Positions 26,212 through 35,681 of a DNA stretch of 64,000 nucleotides are shown here, piece by piece. The stretch covers positions 62,001-126,000 of IMG/VR virus record IMGVR_UViG_3300037010_002844. One strand, given 5' to 3'. The first letter of the stretch is position 1; every line of letters begins with the position of its first letter. A model generated the notes under the pieces. It made no database searches and was not told the DNA's origin. It worked only from the letters and a program-made list of their open reading frames with translations. A program made the position numbers and the translations under genes.

Positions 26212-27234
26212 CTAGGCGATGACCTTCCGGAAGTAATCGATGGAACGTTTGAGGCCTTCTGCGAGCTGCACCTTGGGCTCCCACCCTAGACGATTCTGGG
26301 CTTGGGTGATGTCGGGCCGACGCTGCGTCGGGTCATCGACAGGCAGCGGTTTGTAGTCAAACCAACGGGCCACATCGCGGTGAGGTGCCTCGCGCCCACC
26401 GTAGATTTGGTGAATGACCTCCTTCGCCAACTGATTCATCGTGAACTCGTGCGGGTTGCCGAGGTTGATGGGCATCCGCGGGTTGTTGCCCAGATCGCCC
26501 AAGGTCACAATGCCTTTGATCAGGTCGTCCACGTAACAAAAGCTACGTGTCTGTTGACCGTCACCGTAGATCGTCAACTTCTCGCCCTTCAAGGCCTGGA
26601 CGATGAAATTGCTGACGACCCGGCCATCGTATGGGTCCATGTGCGGACCGTAGGTGTTGAAGATCCGGACCATGCGAGCGTCGACACCGTGGGTATGTAG
26701 GTAGTCATAGCACAGGGCCTCTGCCGCACGTTTTCCCTCGTCGTAACAGGCTCTGGGCCCGTAGGAGTTGACGCGACCTCGGTATGACTCGACCTGCGGC
26801 GAACTCTCGGGATCACCATAGACCTCAGAAGTCGAAGCGTGGACCACGATCGATCCATGCGATGCCGCCAGTTCCAGGACGTTCTGGACGCCTAGCGTAC
26901 AGGTCATCATGGTCTCCACGGGCATGCGCTGGTAGATGGGCGGCGATGCTGGGCAGGCGAAGTTGTAGATGATGTCGAAGCGTACCGAGTGCATCGACCC
27001 GGTGTCGTAATCGTGAATCACGCGACTAAAGCGACTGTCTCCATGGACGTCAGCGATATCGCAGTACATCAACGTCGCCAGCGGAAACTTCTTGATCTCA
27101 TCGACCTGAATCGACTCCGGCTTCGACGAACAGAAATTGTCGAGGCCGAGGACCTTGTCACCCGCCCTCAAGTGATGTAGCATCAAGTGCGAACCCAGAA
27201 AACCAGCGGCTCCCGTGACGAGGACAGTCTTCAT
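26212..27234 (-). CDS. uxs: UDP-glucuronate decarboxylase (UDP-xylose synthase, UXS-like SDR)
   Basis: GAAGFLGSHL, NFACPASP, ASTSEVYGDP, VNSYGPRACYDEGKRAAE, RIFNTYGP, DGRVVSNFIVQAL, QTRSFCYVDDL and DDPTQRRPDI. Confidence 0.9.
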   Translation of the reverse strand: MKTVLVTGAAGFLGSHLMLHHLRAGDKVLGLDNFCSSKPESIQVDEIKKFPLATLMYCDIADVHGDSRFSRVIHDYDTGSMHSVRFDIIYNFACPASPPIYQRMPVETMMTCTLGVQNVLELAASHGSIVVHASTSEVYGDPESSPQVESYRGRVNSYGPRACYDEGKRAAEALCYDYLHTHGVDARMVRIFNTYGPHMDPYDGRVVSNFIVQALKGEKLTIYGDGQQTRSFCYVDDLIKGIVTLGDLGNNPRMPINLGNPHEFTMNQLAKEVIHQIYGGREAPHRDVARWFDYKPLPVDDPTQRRPDITQAQNRLGWEPKVQLAEGLKRSIDYFRKVIA

Positions 27235-27243
27235 GCGTCCATT

Positions 27244-27585
27244 CTATCCAATCGTCACGTGCTCTACACTGCCTTTACGCGGGTAGCTTTCGAGATACGC
27301 AATCAACAAGCGTCTTGACACGGGCTCCCAATCAATGCCGGCGCTTCCGCGAGACATTTCGTCGAACCAAAACTGAAAGACGTCGGAGACCATTTGAACC
27401 GCAATGGGCGTTGCTTCCTCGGCATCTGCGAGTTGAAAACCCGCCTCGTTGAAGCGCGCCAGGATTGACAACGCCTCACTCTCGTACTCGTCATCGTGCG
27501 GAGAGTGAAGACCCATCGGATCGACCTCGTAGAGGATTGTAGCCATCTCAATGAGGAGTTCTGCTTTGCTCTTCGCCTTGTCCAT
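27244..27585 (-). CDS. Hypothetical protein
   Basis: 113-aa ORF with DPMGL..DDEYESEA; -10-like TACATT 6 nt upstream. Confidence 0.6.
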   Translation of the reverse strand: MDKAKSKAELLIEMATILYEVDPMGLHSPHDDEYESEALSILARFNEAGFQLADAEEATPIAVQMVSDVFQFWFDEMSRGSAGIDWEPVSRRLLIAYLESYPRKGSVEHVTIG

Positions 27586-27621
27586 GCCCTCAATGTAACA
27601 CAGGAAGCGATATTTAGTTCA

Positions 27622-28038
27622 ATGAAGAAGCAACAGTTCGATGAGACAGCGCGCCGCATGTTCAAAATCCTAGTTGAACGCTTCGGCGAGCCCATCGGTG
27701 ATGCGCCCGCAGTCCCAGGCGTCCCAGACGAGAGAAACGAGGCGCTCGAGGCCGGCGGTTTCCCGACCTGTCCTGAGTGTGGAGGTCAGTACGCAATTGA
27801 GACCGACGTGCCGGGCGAGTTGCTGTGCCACGATTGCGGCGCAACTTATACGCCTGATGTGAACGAGGCCAAGAAGCGCAATGGCCCATCAAAGAAGGCC
27901 GCAAAGTCTTGGATCAATGGAACCAAGAAGTTCAAGGACAAGGTCACCAAGGCGAAGAAGGCTGGCGCCAAAAATCCTGAGGGACTCGCGGCCTGGATGC
28001 AACACAAGGCAACCGGCAAATGGCCTTCGGCCAAGTGA
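27622..28038 (+). CDS. Zinc-ribbon protein with a Lys-rich C-terminus
   Basis: Start MKKQQF after an ATATTTA box; CPECGG, CHDCG and AKNPEGLAAWM. Confidence 0.6.
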   Translation: MKKQQFDETARRMFKILVERFGEPIGDAPAVPGVPDERNEALEAGGFPTCPECGGQYAIETDVPGELLCHDCGATYTPDVNEAKKRNGPSKKAAKSWINGTKKFKDKVTKAKKAGAKNPEGLAAWMQHKATGKWPSAK

Positions 28039-28091
28039 TGGCCACAGCCACGACATTCTTTTGAATATTCTACGGGCCTTTGAATGACCGC

Positions 28092-28319
28092 TCAGTGACG
28101 GCGGAAGCCACTGTGAGGATGTCCATACCCAGGATGCGGGTACCAGCGCCTGTAACCCGAATGCCAAGTGTAGTAGACGCCCATATGATAGTAGACGCCA
28201 GGACTCACGTAAATCGCGCCGGGCGGATAATCGTAGTACGCAACTGGATAGCCACCGTGGCCCACCACGCAACCGCTGAGTCCGAGCGCCAGGATCAGCG
28301 CTGCCAACAACTTCTTCAT
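28092..28319 (-). CDS. Small lipoprotein (Tyr/Gly/His/Pro-rich)
   Basis: MKK, hydrophobic stretch and lipobox LSG-C. Confidence 0.7.
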   Translation of the reverse strand: MKKLLAALILALGLSGCVVGHGGYPVAYYDYPPGAIYVSPGVYYHMGVYYTWHSGYRRWYPHPGYGHPHSGFRRH

Positions 28320-28320
28320 G

Positions 28321-28875
28321 TTAGACTCCGGTGGCGATTCGCTGTTTCAGCAGGTAAACGTGGCCCTCGTGCTTGTCCTCGATGCCAGCGATCAAATTGT
28401 CGAGGCCACGCGTCAAGGTGCCAGCCTCCTTCATGGAGTCGACCAGATTCTTGACGACAACGAGAAAGTTCATTTCAGCCAGTAGGCTGCGCTTGGCCAG
28501 CTCCGTCGGCTGTGGGATCATTTGCGACATCCCGTAACCCTGCACGAGTCGCATGATCTGCGACGTCTGCAACGCCAAGTTGACATTCTCCGTCGTGCCC
28601 AGGCCAACTGCCTTTTCAGCGATCGAGTCGACCTCTTCAACGACGGCAGTGTACAGCCTGTCGAACAACAGATGATCACCGTAGAACAAATCACCCTTCG
28701 AGGTCCAGTGATGATTCTGGTGAACCATCGCTAGAAACTTCAGGTGGACCAGCAACACCGAAAGCTGCGGGTAGGGCAGCGCGCCCCACTCTGAACACAT
28801 GTTGTCGAGGACGATTGAGACGTTCGGGTCTGAGACGACCACCTGCACCTCAAGTGTTTCTGCGAGGCGCCTCAT
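28321..28875 (-). CDS. Dps/ferritin-like four-helix protein
   Basis: HQNHHW..KG..FYGDHLLFDRLY..EEVDSIAEK ferroxidase-type motif, and DNLIAGIEDKHEGHVYLL. Confidence 0.8.
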   Translation of the reverse strand: MRRLAETLEVQVVVSDPNVSIVLDNMCSEWGALPYPQLSVLLVHLKFLAMVHQNHHWTSKGDLFYGDHLLFDRLYTAVVEEVDSIAEKAVGLGTTENVNLALQTSQIMRLVQGYGMSQMIPQPTELAKRSLLAEMNFLVVVKNLVDSMKEAGTLTRGLDNLIAGIEDKHEGHVYLLKQRIATGV

Positions 28876-28879
28876 CGTC

Positions 28880-30031
28880 TCACCTCAACTCAGCGTTGAA
28901 CGAAATCATTCCTGCCTTAGTAGGATTTGTCGACCAGTTGATCCTGACGGGCTCGCCGTTCATCGCTTGAAGCATGTTCCAGTTCTTGACGTAGAGGTCG
29001 AGGGCACGTTCCGCCAACCGCGAGACGTTGCCGTTGCCAGGCACTCGGGCCAAGCATGGGATCTTGATATCACCCGAGAGTCCTTCCGTAACGCGAAACT
29101 TGCGTAGCGACTTGGGCATCACTGACTCGCGGACATTGAACAGCTTGTTGGCCTGCTTGACGTACTCTGCGGCCGAGACGTCTGAGTGCAGCAGCGTTTC
29201 CAACGGGTCAACCGCTTCTGAGAAGAGCTGCGGCAGCTCAGGCTCGAGGCCTTCACGAAGTGACTGGGCGATCTCCTTCAACGCATAGCGTTCCAGAGTC
29301 CGATCGTCCTTCTCCTTAAGCTGCTTCATGATCTCTTTGTAGAGCTTCTTCTCGTCGATTTCCACGCCTGACGTGGCTTTCGACGAAGCACAGAACCTGT
29401 GAACGACAGGCTCTTCCCATTGTCCTTCGATATTGCCGCCATAGTCCTGAATGAACTTGTGTGCCGTTGTCTCGTACCAGGCGTCGCTCAGGCCCTCGTC
29501 AGTGGCCGCGCCGTCCTGTTTGACGGTGTCGCCCAACGGTTCTTCGCCGTACATGTCAAACGGTTCGTCTTTCTTGTCGGGAGTGGCCAGGCCGGCCTCT
29601 GTCAACTTCTTGTCGTGGAAGATGACACGAAGTGCATCGTCATTGGGCGTGCGCTTCAGCATCTCCTTGACCAGGCTCGCAGGCAACCGGCGAGCGACTG
29701 CGTGACGAACAGCGGCGCTCTTGTCACCGCGCATCCGAGCAACGTACCGCTCCGGCAGCGTCCTGGCCGCAAGCACGCGGGCCTCGACTGACGCGCTATC
29801 AGCGAACTTCAACATCACAGCAGGTTTGAAGTTGATCTGTGACTCACGGCCAGTTCGCTCCAGCACGCTGATCCGATCGTTGGCGCCCTCGGCCAGCTGG
29901 TCCAACTTGACGTTCGTCAGAACGGATGGACCTAGCACCCGGGACACTTCCTGACGGAGGGCATCGACAGCCTTTTCTTCGGCCAAGGTCCGATCGACGA
30001 CCCTCTGTAGCTCTTGCAGCCTCAATCGCAT
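28880..30031 (-). CDS. Protein with an LxxxV..EE leader and HEAT/LRV-like repeats (probable virion protein)
   Basis: MRLRLQELQRVV; repeat DKSAAVRHAVARRLP; ATACTTA box upstream. Confidence 0.6.
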   Translation of the reverse strand: MRLRLQELQRVVDRTLAEEKAVDALRQEVSRVLGPSVLTNVKLDQLAEGANDRISVLERTGRESQINFKPAVMLKFADSASVEARVLAARTLPERYVARMRGDKSAAVRHAVARRLPASLVKEMLKRTPNDDALRVIFHDKKLTEAGLATPDKKDEPFDMYGEEPLGDTVKQDGAATDEGLSDAWYETTAHKFIQDYGGNIEGQWEEPVVHRFCASSKATSGVEIDEKKLYKEIMKQLKEKDDRTLERYALKEIAQSLREGLEPELPQLFSEAVDPLETLLHSDVSAAEYVKQANKLFNVRESVMPKSLRKFRVTEGLSGDIKIPCLARVPGNGNVSRLAERALDLYVKNWNMLQAMNGEPVRINWSTNPTKAGMISFNAELR

Positions 30032-30067
30032 GAAGTGACTCCTACGCTCTAAGTATTGTACACAATC

Positions 30068-30319
30068 TCAACGCGAGCGTTTGCGGCCATCGAGCCCCAT
30101 GGCCACCATCCACTTTTTGATGGCGTCCTTGATATCATCAGGCACGTATACGCTGCGCTCGGCGTAAACAGGATCGTCGACCAGCAACTGGTCGTACGTC
30201 TCCTCAGGCTGCGAGCCTCCCCAACAGTCACGTGCTTCGCACAACCGCTTAAACTCCTCGCGGATCGACCGCCGGAGTTGTCCGACAGTGATCCGCGAGA
30301 TTCGCTTGTCGTTACTCAC
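30068..30319 (-). CDS. Small protein with a QLRRSIREE leader
   Basis: 83 aa, GTG start, ATAGTTA box upstream. Confidence 0.55.
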   Translation of the reverse strand: MSNDKRISRITVGQLRRSIREEFKRLCEARDCWGGSQPEETYDQLLVDDPVYAERSVYVPDDIKDAIKKWMVAMGLDGRKRSR

Positions 30320-30332
30320 GAAGAGTAACTAT

Positions 30333-30860
30333 TCAGCCTTGAGGAAGGAACATCTCCCAATCGGGATGCCAATCATTGCCCTTTGCGACGTCCCAGAAGT
30401 GCAATGGAGACGGCTCCATTGGAGCCTTTCGCAAAGGCATGCCGGCCTCGACGGGCGTCTTGTTGGCCTTCTTCTTGTTGCATGGTTTACAAGAAGCCAC
30501 GCAATTCTTCCAACTCGTCCCGCCGCCACGCGACTTGGGCTGCACGTGGTCGATCGTCACATTGCTCCAGTGAAGCGGCGCATGACAGTACTGACACTGC
30601 CAATTGTCGCGGTTGAAGAGGACCTTCTTCCGGAAACGCGGAACCTTCCAGCGCTTGTGAACGCGCTCAAGAACGCGGATCGTGGCAGGCACGTCCCAAG
30701 TACGTCCAGGACTCGTCAGCTGTTCACCTTCCCAGATGGAAGGCTTACCACTGAGATCGACGATCTCGGCGATGCCCTTGTAGACCATGATAAATGCTTC
30801 CACGTCCGATAGGAAATGGAGCGGCGAGTAGTCGGCGTTGAGTAGAAGGGCTCTCTTCAT
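30333..30860 (-). CDS. HNH endonuclease (McrA-like HNH)
   Basis: RDNWQCQYC, TIDHVQPKSRGG, SWKNCVASCKPCNKKK. Start MKRALLL at 30860. Confidence 0.88.
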   Translation of the reverse strand: MKRALLLNADYSPLHFLSDVEAFIMVYKGIAEIVDLSGKPSIWEGEQLTSPGRTWDVPATIRVLERVHKRWKVPRFRKKVLFNRDNWQCQYCHAPLHWSNVTIDHVQPKSRGGGTSWKNCVASCKPCNKKKANKTPVEAGMPLRKAPMEPSPLHFWDVAKGNDWHPDWEMFLPQG

Positions 30861-30961
30861 GAGAAACCTCGTAGGACCACTATAACTAGTCGTGACCAAG
30901 AATTGCATCGTCCGTGCTCTTTGTTGAGCACTGAACGATTCAACAGCGATTTACGCAGGCC

Positions 30962-31915
30962 TTAGCGCGCCATCGCAAAGTCGAAGCTGACGTGTCCAAC
31001 GTCAGCATCAATCTCACACTGCGCGCCGATCGGTACCGGCCCGGTCAGCGGCCCATGTGAGAATGGGTAACCATACGTGCAGGGAGGACCATTTCGAAAG
31101 TACTCCTCGATCGAGTTTTCAATGGACGGTTCACGTTCCTCAGTCCGCTTAGGGACCTCGGCAAATTCTCCGATGACGATGCCATTGACCATGTTCAACA
31201 TGCCCGAAAGACGCATGTGAAGGAACTCGCGGCCGAGAATCTCACCGCTCTTGTGGACGTCTTCGATGAAAAGGATCGTGCCCGTAAGTTCAGGCATGTA
31301 CGGCGTCCCGAGCAGGTGCACGAAGGTGTCAGCGTTTCCACCAATCACGTTACCAGTGGCCTTGCCAGGGCACACGGTCCTCGGAAAATATTCAGAAAAA
31401 TCAAAGGGTTGAGTTCCCCAAGGCTCGTCAGACATCATCAGGCGCAACGTCAATCGAAACGAGTCGGAATCGGCTCGGCGAATGGCCTCGCCCTTATCGA
31501 GACGAATCGACGGCGATTGACCGTTGATAGAGATGAGCCCGGCACGGGCCAGGATGCCCGCATTCAACGCCGTGATGTCAGACATGCCCAACAGGGCCTT
31601 TCTCGAGGCTCGAATCATTCGATAGTCGAGATAGGGAAGGATTGCAGCTGAACCCATGCCGCCGCAAACGGCGAGCACGCCGTTGATGCTTGGGTCCGAA
31701 AATGCCCAATTGAGCTCTGCGGCGCGATCTGCAAGACTGCCCGCGTGGATGTTGTCGCTGCGTAGGTTGCGAACGCAGGGACCCAAGACAGGAACGAGTC
31801 CCATCTCACGCATGATATCCATGCCCTCCGTCACCTCATCCGTCTTGAACGGCGAGGCCGGAGCCACTAGCGCGATCTTGGCGCCTCTACGCAGTTTCCG
31901 GGGCGTCAGGTACAT
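30962..31915 (-). CDS. LD-carboxypeptidase, peptidase S66 family (LdcA/MccF-like)
   Basis: IALVAPAS, RAAELNWAF.DP, GMSDITAL (Ser), ILFIEDV (Glu) and FSHG (His). Start reassigned to ATG 31915. Confidence 0.88.
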   Translation of the reverse strand: MYLTPRKLRRGAKIALVAPASPFKTDEVTEGMDIMREMGLVPVLGPCVRNLRSDNIHAGSLADRAAELNWAFSDPSINGVLAVCGGMGSAAILPYLDYRMIRASRKALLGMSDITALNAGILARAGLISINGQSPSIRLDKGEAIRRADSDSFRLTLRLMMSDEPWGTQPFDFSEYFPRTVCPGKATGNVIGGNADTFVHLLGTPYMPELTGTILFIEDVHKSGEILGREFLHMRLSGMLNMVNGIVIGEFAEVPKRTEEREPSIENSIEEYFRNGPPCTYGYPFSHGPLTGPVPIGAQCEIDADVGHVSFDFAMAR

Positions 31916-31937
31916 CGACTTTAAGTATGTCAAAACA

Positions 31938-33098
31938 TCAATTCAAATCCGTCTCGACCTGTGACTTGGGATTCGTAAGCTTCTCAATTGTCGGCTGCAG
32001 CGACGCCGAGGTCCGCCTGTACAATTCCTTCATCGGGTAATTGTAGGCCTCAGGCGGGTAGTACATGCTGAGTTTCATCAGGTTTTCAGACGAGAAGCAT
32101 CGCATGATCGGATGCAGGTAGTTGAAGATGAAATCGTATGGCTTCCGCGGCGGTGCATTCTCACGGTAAACCGGAGCATAACCGCCGGCCTCGATATCCT
32201 GGATCACCTGATCGATGTTGTCGTTCAACATCTGCAGGCTAGCGGGCGTCAGGCCGTTGTCGTACCCGTGCTTCTTGACCCACTTGGCCAACCGTGACAT
32301 CATGTAGTTTTGCTTCCAGGTGTGAATGTGAATCATCTTGTTCTGGAAGAGCCACTCCCACCCCTCGGGAATGAAAAGTTGGTCATTGACGATGTAACAG
32401 GCGGCGTTGTAAATGTCAAAGCCGTCCACGATCTCTTCTGGAGATCCGAGGAACTTGGTAATCGTCTGCACCAACTGCCCATCCAATCCGCCCTGAGCAA
32501 AGCAGATGAACTCTTCACCAAAGCCGGCTGGGGTGATGTTGTTGACGATGCGTGCAGGCTCGAGGTATTGCGGCGACTGCTTGACCTCGAACAGGAATGT
32601 CTCCAGGCAGTAGCGATTCCGGAACCAGACATCGATGTCACCCATGTTCTTCTTCCAGAAGTGCCTTGTCTGGTGAATGTTGTTGAAGTCGAGCCCGGCT
32701 GAGCCCATCCCGATGCCCATGTAACGCTTCAACTCATTGATGACTGGTCGCTCGGACATCTCGTATGTCTCGATGGGTCGATCGTACCATTGGCACGAAG
32801 ACACTAGGGACTTCTCGCTTGCCGCGACCTTGAGGTAACTGAACGGATCATCTGTACCAAGGTGGACTGCGGCCCGCTTAATGCCCGCCGCGATCAACTC
32901 TTTGTTGGTCTTCAACCAGTGCTCTGGTCCACCATGAACCAGCTGCATCGAGGCGATCTTAGTCGCAAATCCACCAGCAATGAAGCCACCGTGCTCGTGC
33001 ACCTTGCCCAACAGCCAACTCGTGCGTTCATTCAGAACGCCTGCGTTATAGAGCAGTTCGACGATCGGCGCTTTGAACGTCAAGGCATGGTGTTGCAT
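31938..33098 (-). CDS. Hypothetical protein, possible nucleotidyltransferase-fold domain
   Basis: GGFIAGGF...GDIDVWF...FDI pattern resembles the CCA/PAP head DxD; otherwise unrecognised. Confidence 0.45.
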   Translation of the reverse strand: MQHHALTFKAPIVELLYNAGVLNERTSWLLGKVHEHGGFIAGGFATKIASMQLVHGGPEHWLKTNKELIAAGIKRAAVHLGTDDPFSYLKVAASEKSLVSSCQWYDRPIETYEMSERPVINELKRYMGIGMGSAGLDFNNIHQTRHFWKKNMGDIDVWFRNRYCLETFLFEVKQSPQYLEPARIVNNITPAGFGEEFICFAQGGLDGQLVQTITKFLGSPEEIVDGFDIYNAACYIVNDQLFIPEGWEWLFQNKMIHIHTWKQNYMMSRLAKWVKKHGYDNGLTPASLQMLNDNIDQVIQDIEAGGYAPVYRENAPPRKPYDFIFNYLHPIMRCFSSENLMKLSMYYPPEAYNYPMKELYRRTSASLQPTIEKLTNPKSQVETDLN

Positions 33099-33124
33099 GC
33101 CTACATACTACCAAGCTTTATACT

Positions 33125-33907
33125 TTAAGTACAAATATAGTGGACACTCAACGCATCTAGCCGAGCCTTTGTTATTGCGATTGCCTGCGGGTTGGCATCA
33201 CCTACTACGAACTGACGACCAAGACCCGCGCTCGCCACGGCAGTTGTTCCCGATCCGCAGAAAGGATCGAGGACTGTTCCTTCCGGCGGTGAAGACGCCA
33301 GAATCGCTCGCTCGATCAACTTGACGGGTTTCTGATTTGGATAACCCGTGCGTTCCTTGGACGCGGTTCCCACGATCGACATCCACCACACGTCGGTCGG
33401 CACCTTTCCAGCAGCGGCCCGTGCCGGGTCCTTCTGAAGCCCCGGTGCCATGTACGGAATGCGATCGATGTCGTTCCAATTGAAGACGTGCTTGCCACGT
33501 TCCTTGGCATAGACCAGGATCGTATCATGTTTAGCGGGCCAGCGATCCTTGCCGCGGCCTCCGAAATCATAGGCCCAGATGACCTCGTTCAGGAAGTTAT
33601 CCCGCGTGAAGATCTTATCGAGCTCCACCTTGGCATAATGAACCCAACGAGGGTCCAGGTGCAAGTAGAGAGTTCCTGTCGGTTTCAAGACCCTGTGTAG
33701 GGCCGCCAGATGAGGCACGAGAAAACCCACGTAATCCTCAAACCTGTCACTATAGCCCATTTCCGGGAATACTTGATCGCCCACGCGTCTTTGAGCCCGC
33801 TGGACGGTGCCGGTTCCAAAAGGTGGATCGGTATAGACCAGATCGATGCTCTCCTCGGGCAGCGACTGGATCACAGAAAAGGCATCGGCCAGATGAACAC
33901 TGTTCAC
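33125..33907 (-). CDS. DNA methyltransferase, N4-C/N6-A beta class
   Basis: DLVYTDPPF, HDTILVYAK, PTDVW, YPNQKP and VLDPFCGSGTT. Confidence 0.9.
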   Translation of the reverse strand: MNSVHLADAFSVIQSLPEESIDLVYTDPPFGTGTVQRAQRRVGDQVFPEMGYSDRFEDYVGFLVPHLAALHRVLKPTGTLYLHLDPRWVHYAKVELDKIFTRDNFLNEVIWAYDFGGRGKDRWPAKHDTILVYAKERGKHVFNWNDIDRIPYMAPGLQKDPARAAAGKVPTDVWWMSIVGTASKERTGYPNQKPVKLIERAILASSPPEGTVLDPFCGSGTTAVASAGLGRQFVVGDANPQAIAITKARLDALSVHYICT

Positions 33908-33909
33908 TG

Positions 33910-34340
33910 GCCGATCTTACTACGATGACGTCGCCATGATAGGTCGCATTGAGAGTAGCATCACCCTCTATCGTAGCCCCAGCGACTTTGGTCTTTGCCA
34001 TCGAGAGCATCGAGCAGCATGTCGACCTTTTCAGTTCGGCCTCAAGGACCCGCAATGGCTTCAGTCGCTCGAGCAGATCCTTCTTTTGGCGAGGAGGAAG
34101 TCCCTGGTTGATATTGGATCCACGTTGGCATCAGCGATATTGATCGCCTTCGCGGTCGTAGGGTTGACCGGCGGCTTCCGGGAAGGTGACGGTGATCTGT
34201 TTAGCTTCGTACACCTGGTTGGGGTTTGACTTGATGATCACCGTCACCTCAACTTCGCATGTGACCTCTAGCTTGTGATGGTTGGCGGCCCACTCTCAGT
34301 GGGCCTCGACCACCTCATCGCGAGTCAGCTTCACGATCAC
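33910..34340 (-). pseudogene. Two decayed small genes
   Basis: MIVKLTRDEVVEAH*EWAANH...QYR* has an in-frame TGA. The downstream MPTWIQ... gene needs two frameshifts to reach a stop. Confidence 0.4.
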
Positions 34341-34623
34341 TGCGCCCCAGCTGCTCCAGGCGGTGCTTGATGTGATCAATGGCGTTCACGGCCTGCTCAT
34401 CATCGCGGCCAGCTGCGATCAAACGTCTGACCATCTTCGCCGTCTTCTCGGGCTTCCACTTGCGAGTGATCTTGCGCTTCATCAGCGCCTCCAATCGAGC
34501 TCGACGTGGGCCAGCGTAGGCGTGCTGGTTCTCGAACGTCTTGAGAACCTTCTTGAGGTGCTCAGCATTCTCTTCGATTTCCTTGACTTCTTCTTCCGTG
34601 ACGGGTGCTGTCTTGGTATCCAT
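34315..34623 (-). CDS. Hypothetical protein
   Basis: 102-aa basic ORF with GAGG upstream. Confidence 0.55.
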   Translation of the reverse strand: MDTKTAPVTEEEVKEIEENAEHLKKVLKTFENQHAYAGPRRARLEALMKRKITRKWKPEKTAKMVRRLIAAGRDDEQAVNAIDHIKHRLEQLGRSDREADSR

Positions 34624-34635
34624 GTGTCCTCTGCT

Positions 34636-35427
34636 TCAGGATACAACGGGCGGTGGCTCGTTTACACGGAGGCGTTTCACCATGTCATCAAAGATCGTTG
34701 GGTCACTTTCGACCAACGCGAACCTACGACCGAGCTTTCGCGCCGCGAAGCCCGTGACGCCTGAGCCCGCGAAGGGATCGATGATCCACTCGCCTGGGTC
34801 TGTGTGAACCTCAATCATGACCTCGTGAAGGCGTTGAACCTTCTCCGTCGGGTGGACCTTGCCCCGCATCAATTCTGTGATGTCAGTCCAGACGTTGGAG
34901 CGTCGATAGAACTCGCTTTTGGCCGGATACTTCGCATTGTAGCCCGCATAACCACGCTTCTCATCCAAGAGAGGCACATGGAACTTTCTAGGCTTCTTCA
35001 TGGGACCCTTGACGAAGTAAGCAAGCTCCTCGCGAGTAAAAAGGTAGTTCCACTGCACGCCGTAGGCACGGCGCTTCTTCCAGGTGATCAGGTTCGCCAG
35101 CTCAAATTGGTCCTTGATCTCCACGTCGCACAGGTAGCGCATGAACGGCCTGAAGCTCGGCTGCCCAATGCCACCCCAGACGTAGAACGCGCCCCCATCG
35201 TGAAGTGCGTGGGTCGTCCAACGCAGCGTCCAATCGATCATCCACGATGCAAATGCCTTATCGGATTGTTGAACGCGGTCCCACTTTTCACGGACCACGT
35301 TTCCGTATGGCGGATCCGCAATGATCAAACCGACCTTCCCGGTGGCCTCGACCGTCGCCAGGACGGTCACGAGGTCGGTACAGTCGGCTTGAATTGCTAG
35401 GCCGTCCGTGAACTTTTCGATTTTCAT
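34636..35427 (-). CDS. DNA methyltransferase, N4-C/N6-A beta class
   Basis: LIIADPPY, ITWKK, REELAYF, SNVWTDI, HPTEK and IIDPFAGSG. Confidence 0.9.
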   Translation of the reverse strand: MKIEKFTDGLAIQADCTDLVTVLATVEATGKVGLIIADPPYGNVVREKWDRVQQSDKAFASWMIDWTLRWTTHALHDGGAFYVWGGIGQPSFRPFMRYLCDVEIKDQFELANLITWKKRRAYGVQWNYLFTREELAYFVKGPMKKPRKFHVPLLDEKRGYAGYNAKYPAKSEFYRRSNVWTDITELMRGKVHPTEKVQRLHEVMIEVHTDPGEWIIDPFAGSGVTGFAARKLGRRFALVESDPTIFDDMVKRLRVNEPPPVVS

Positions 35428-35681
35428 TTCATGATCCTCAATGTCTCTCTAATCTCGAACCGGGCCACCTCACGGCCGGCCTCGTAAGCATGGTCCAACA
35501 TGTGACAGATGACGTCCGCCGCAAGATCATGACGATCCTTATCGTCGTTCAGGCACTTGATAGCCCATTCGTTGTTGTGTTGTTGCAGATGAACGCTCGA
35601 ACCGTGCTGACTCAGTCCTGGGCCTTGGAAGACGTGCTGCTTCCCCGAGGCCGTGTGACTGTGCCTGAAGGTGTAGCTCAC
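35424..35681 (-). CDS. Hypothetical protein
   Basis: 85 aa, start/stop overlaps on both sides. Confidence 0.55.
   Translation of the reverse strand: MSYTFRHSHTASGKQHVFQGPGLSQHGSSVHLQQHNNEWAIKCLNDDKDRHDLAADVICHMLDHAYEAGREVARFEIRETLRIMK

Noticed and set aside
34286-34304. Stop codon within a perfect 8-bp hairpin as a recoding (selenocysteine-like) signal
   Set aside because: Single instance in a decayed region; more simply a mutation that perfected a quasi-palindrome.
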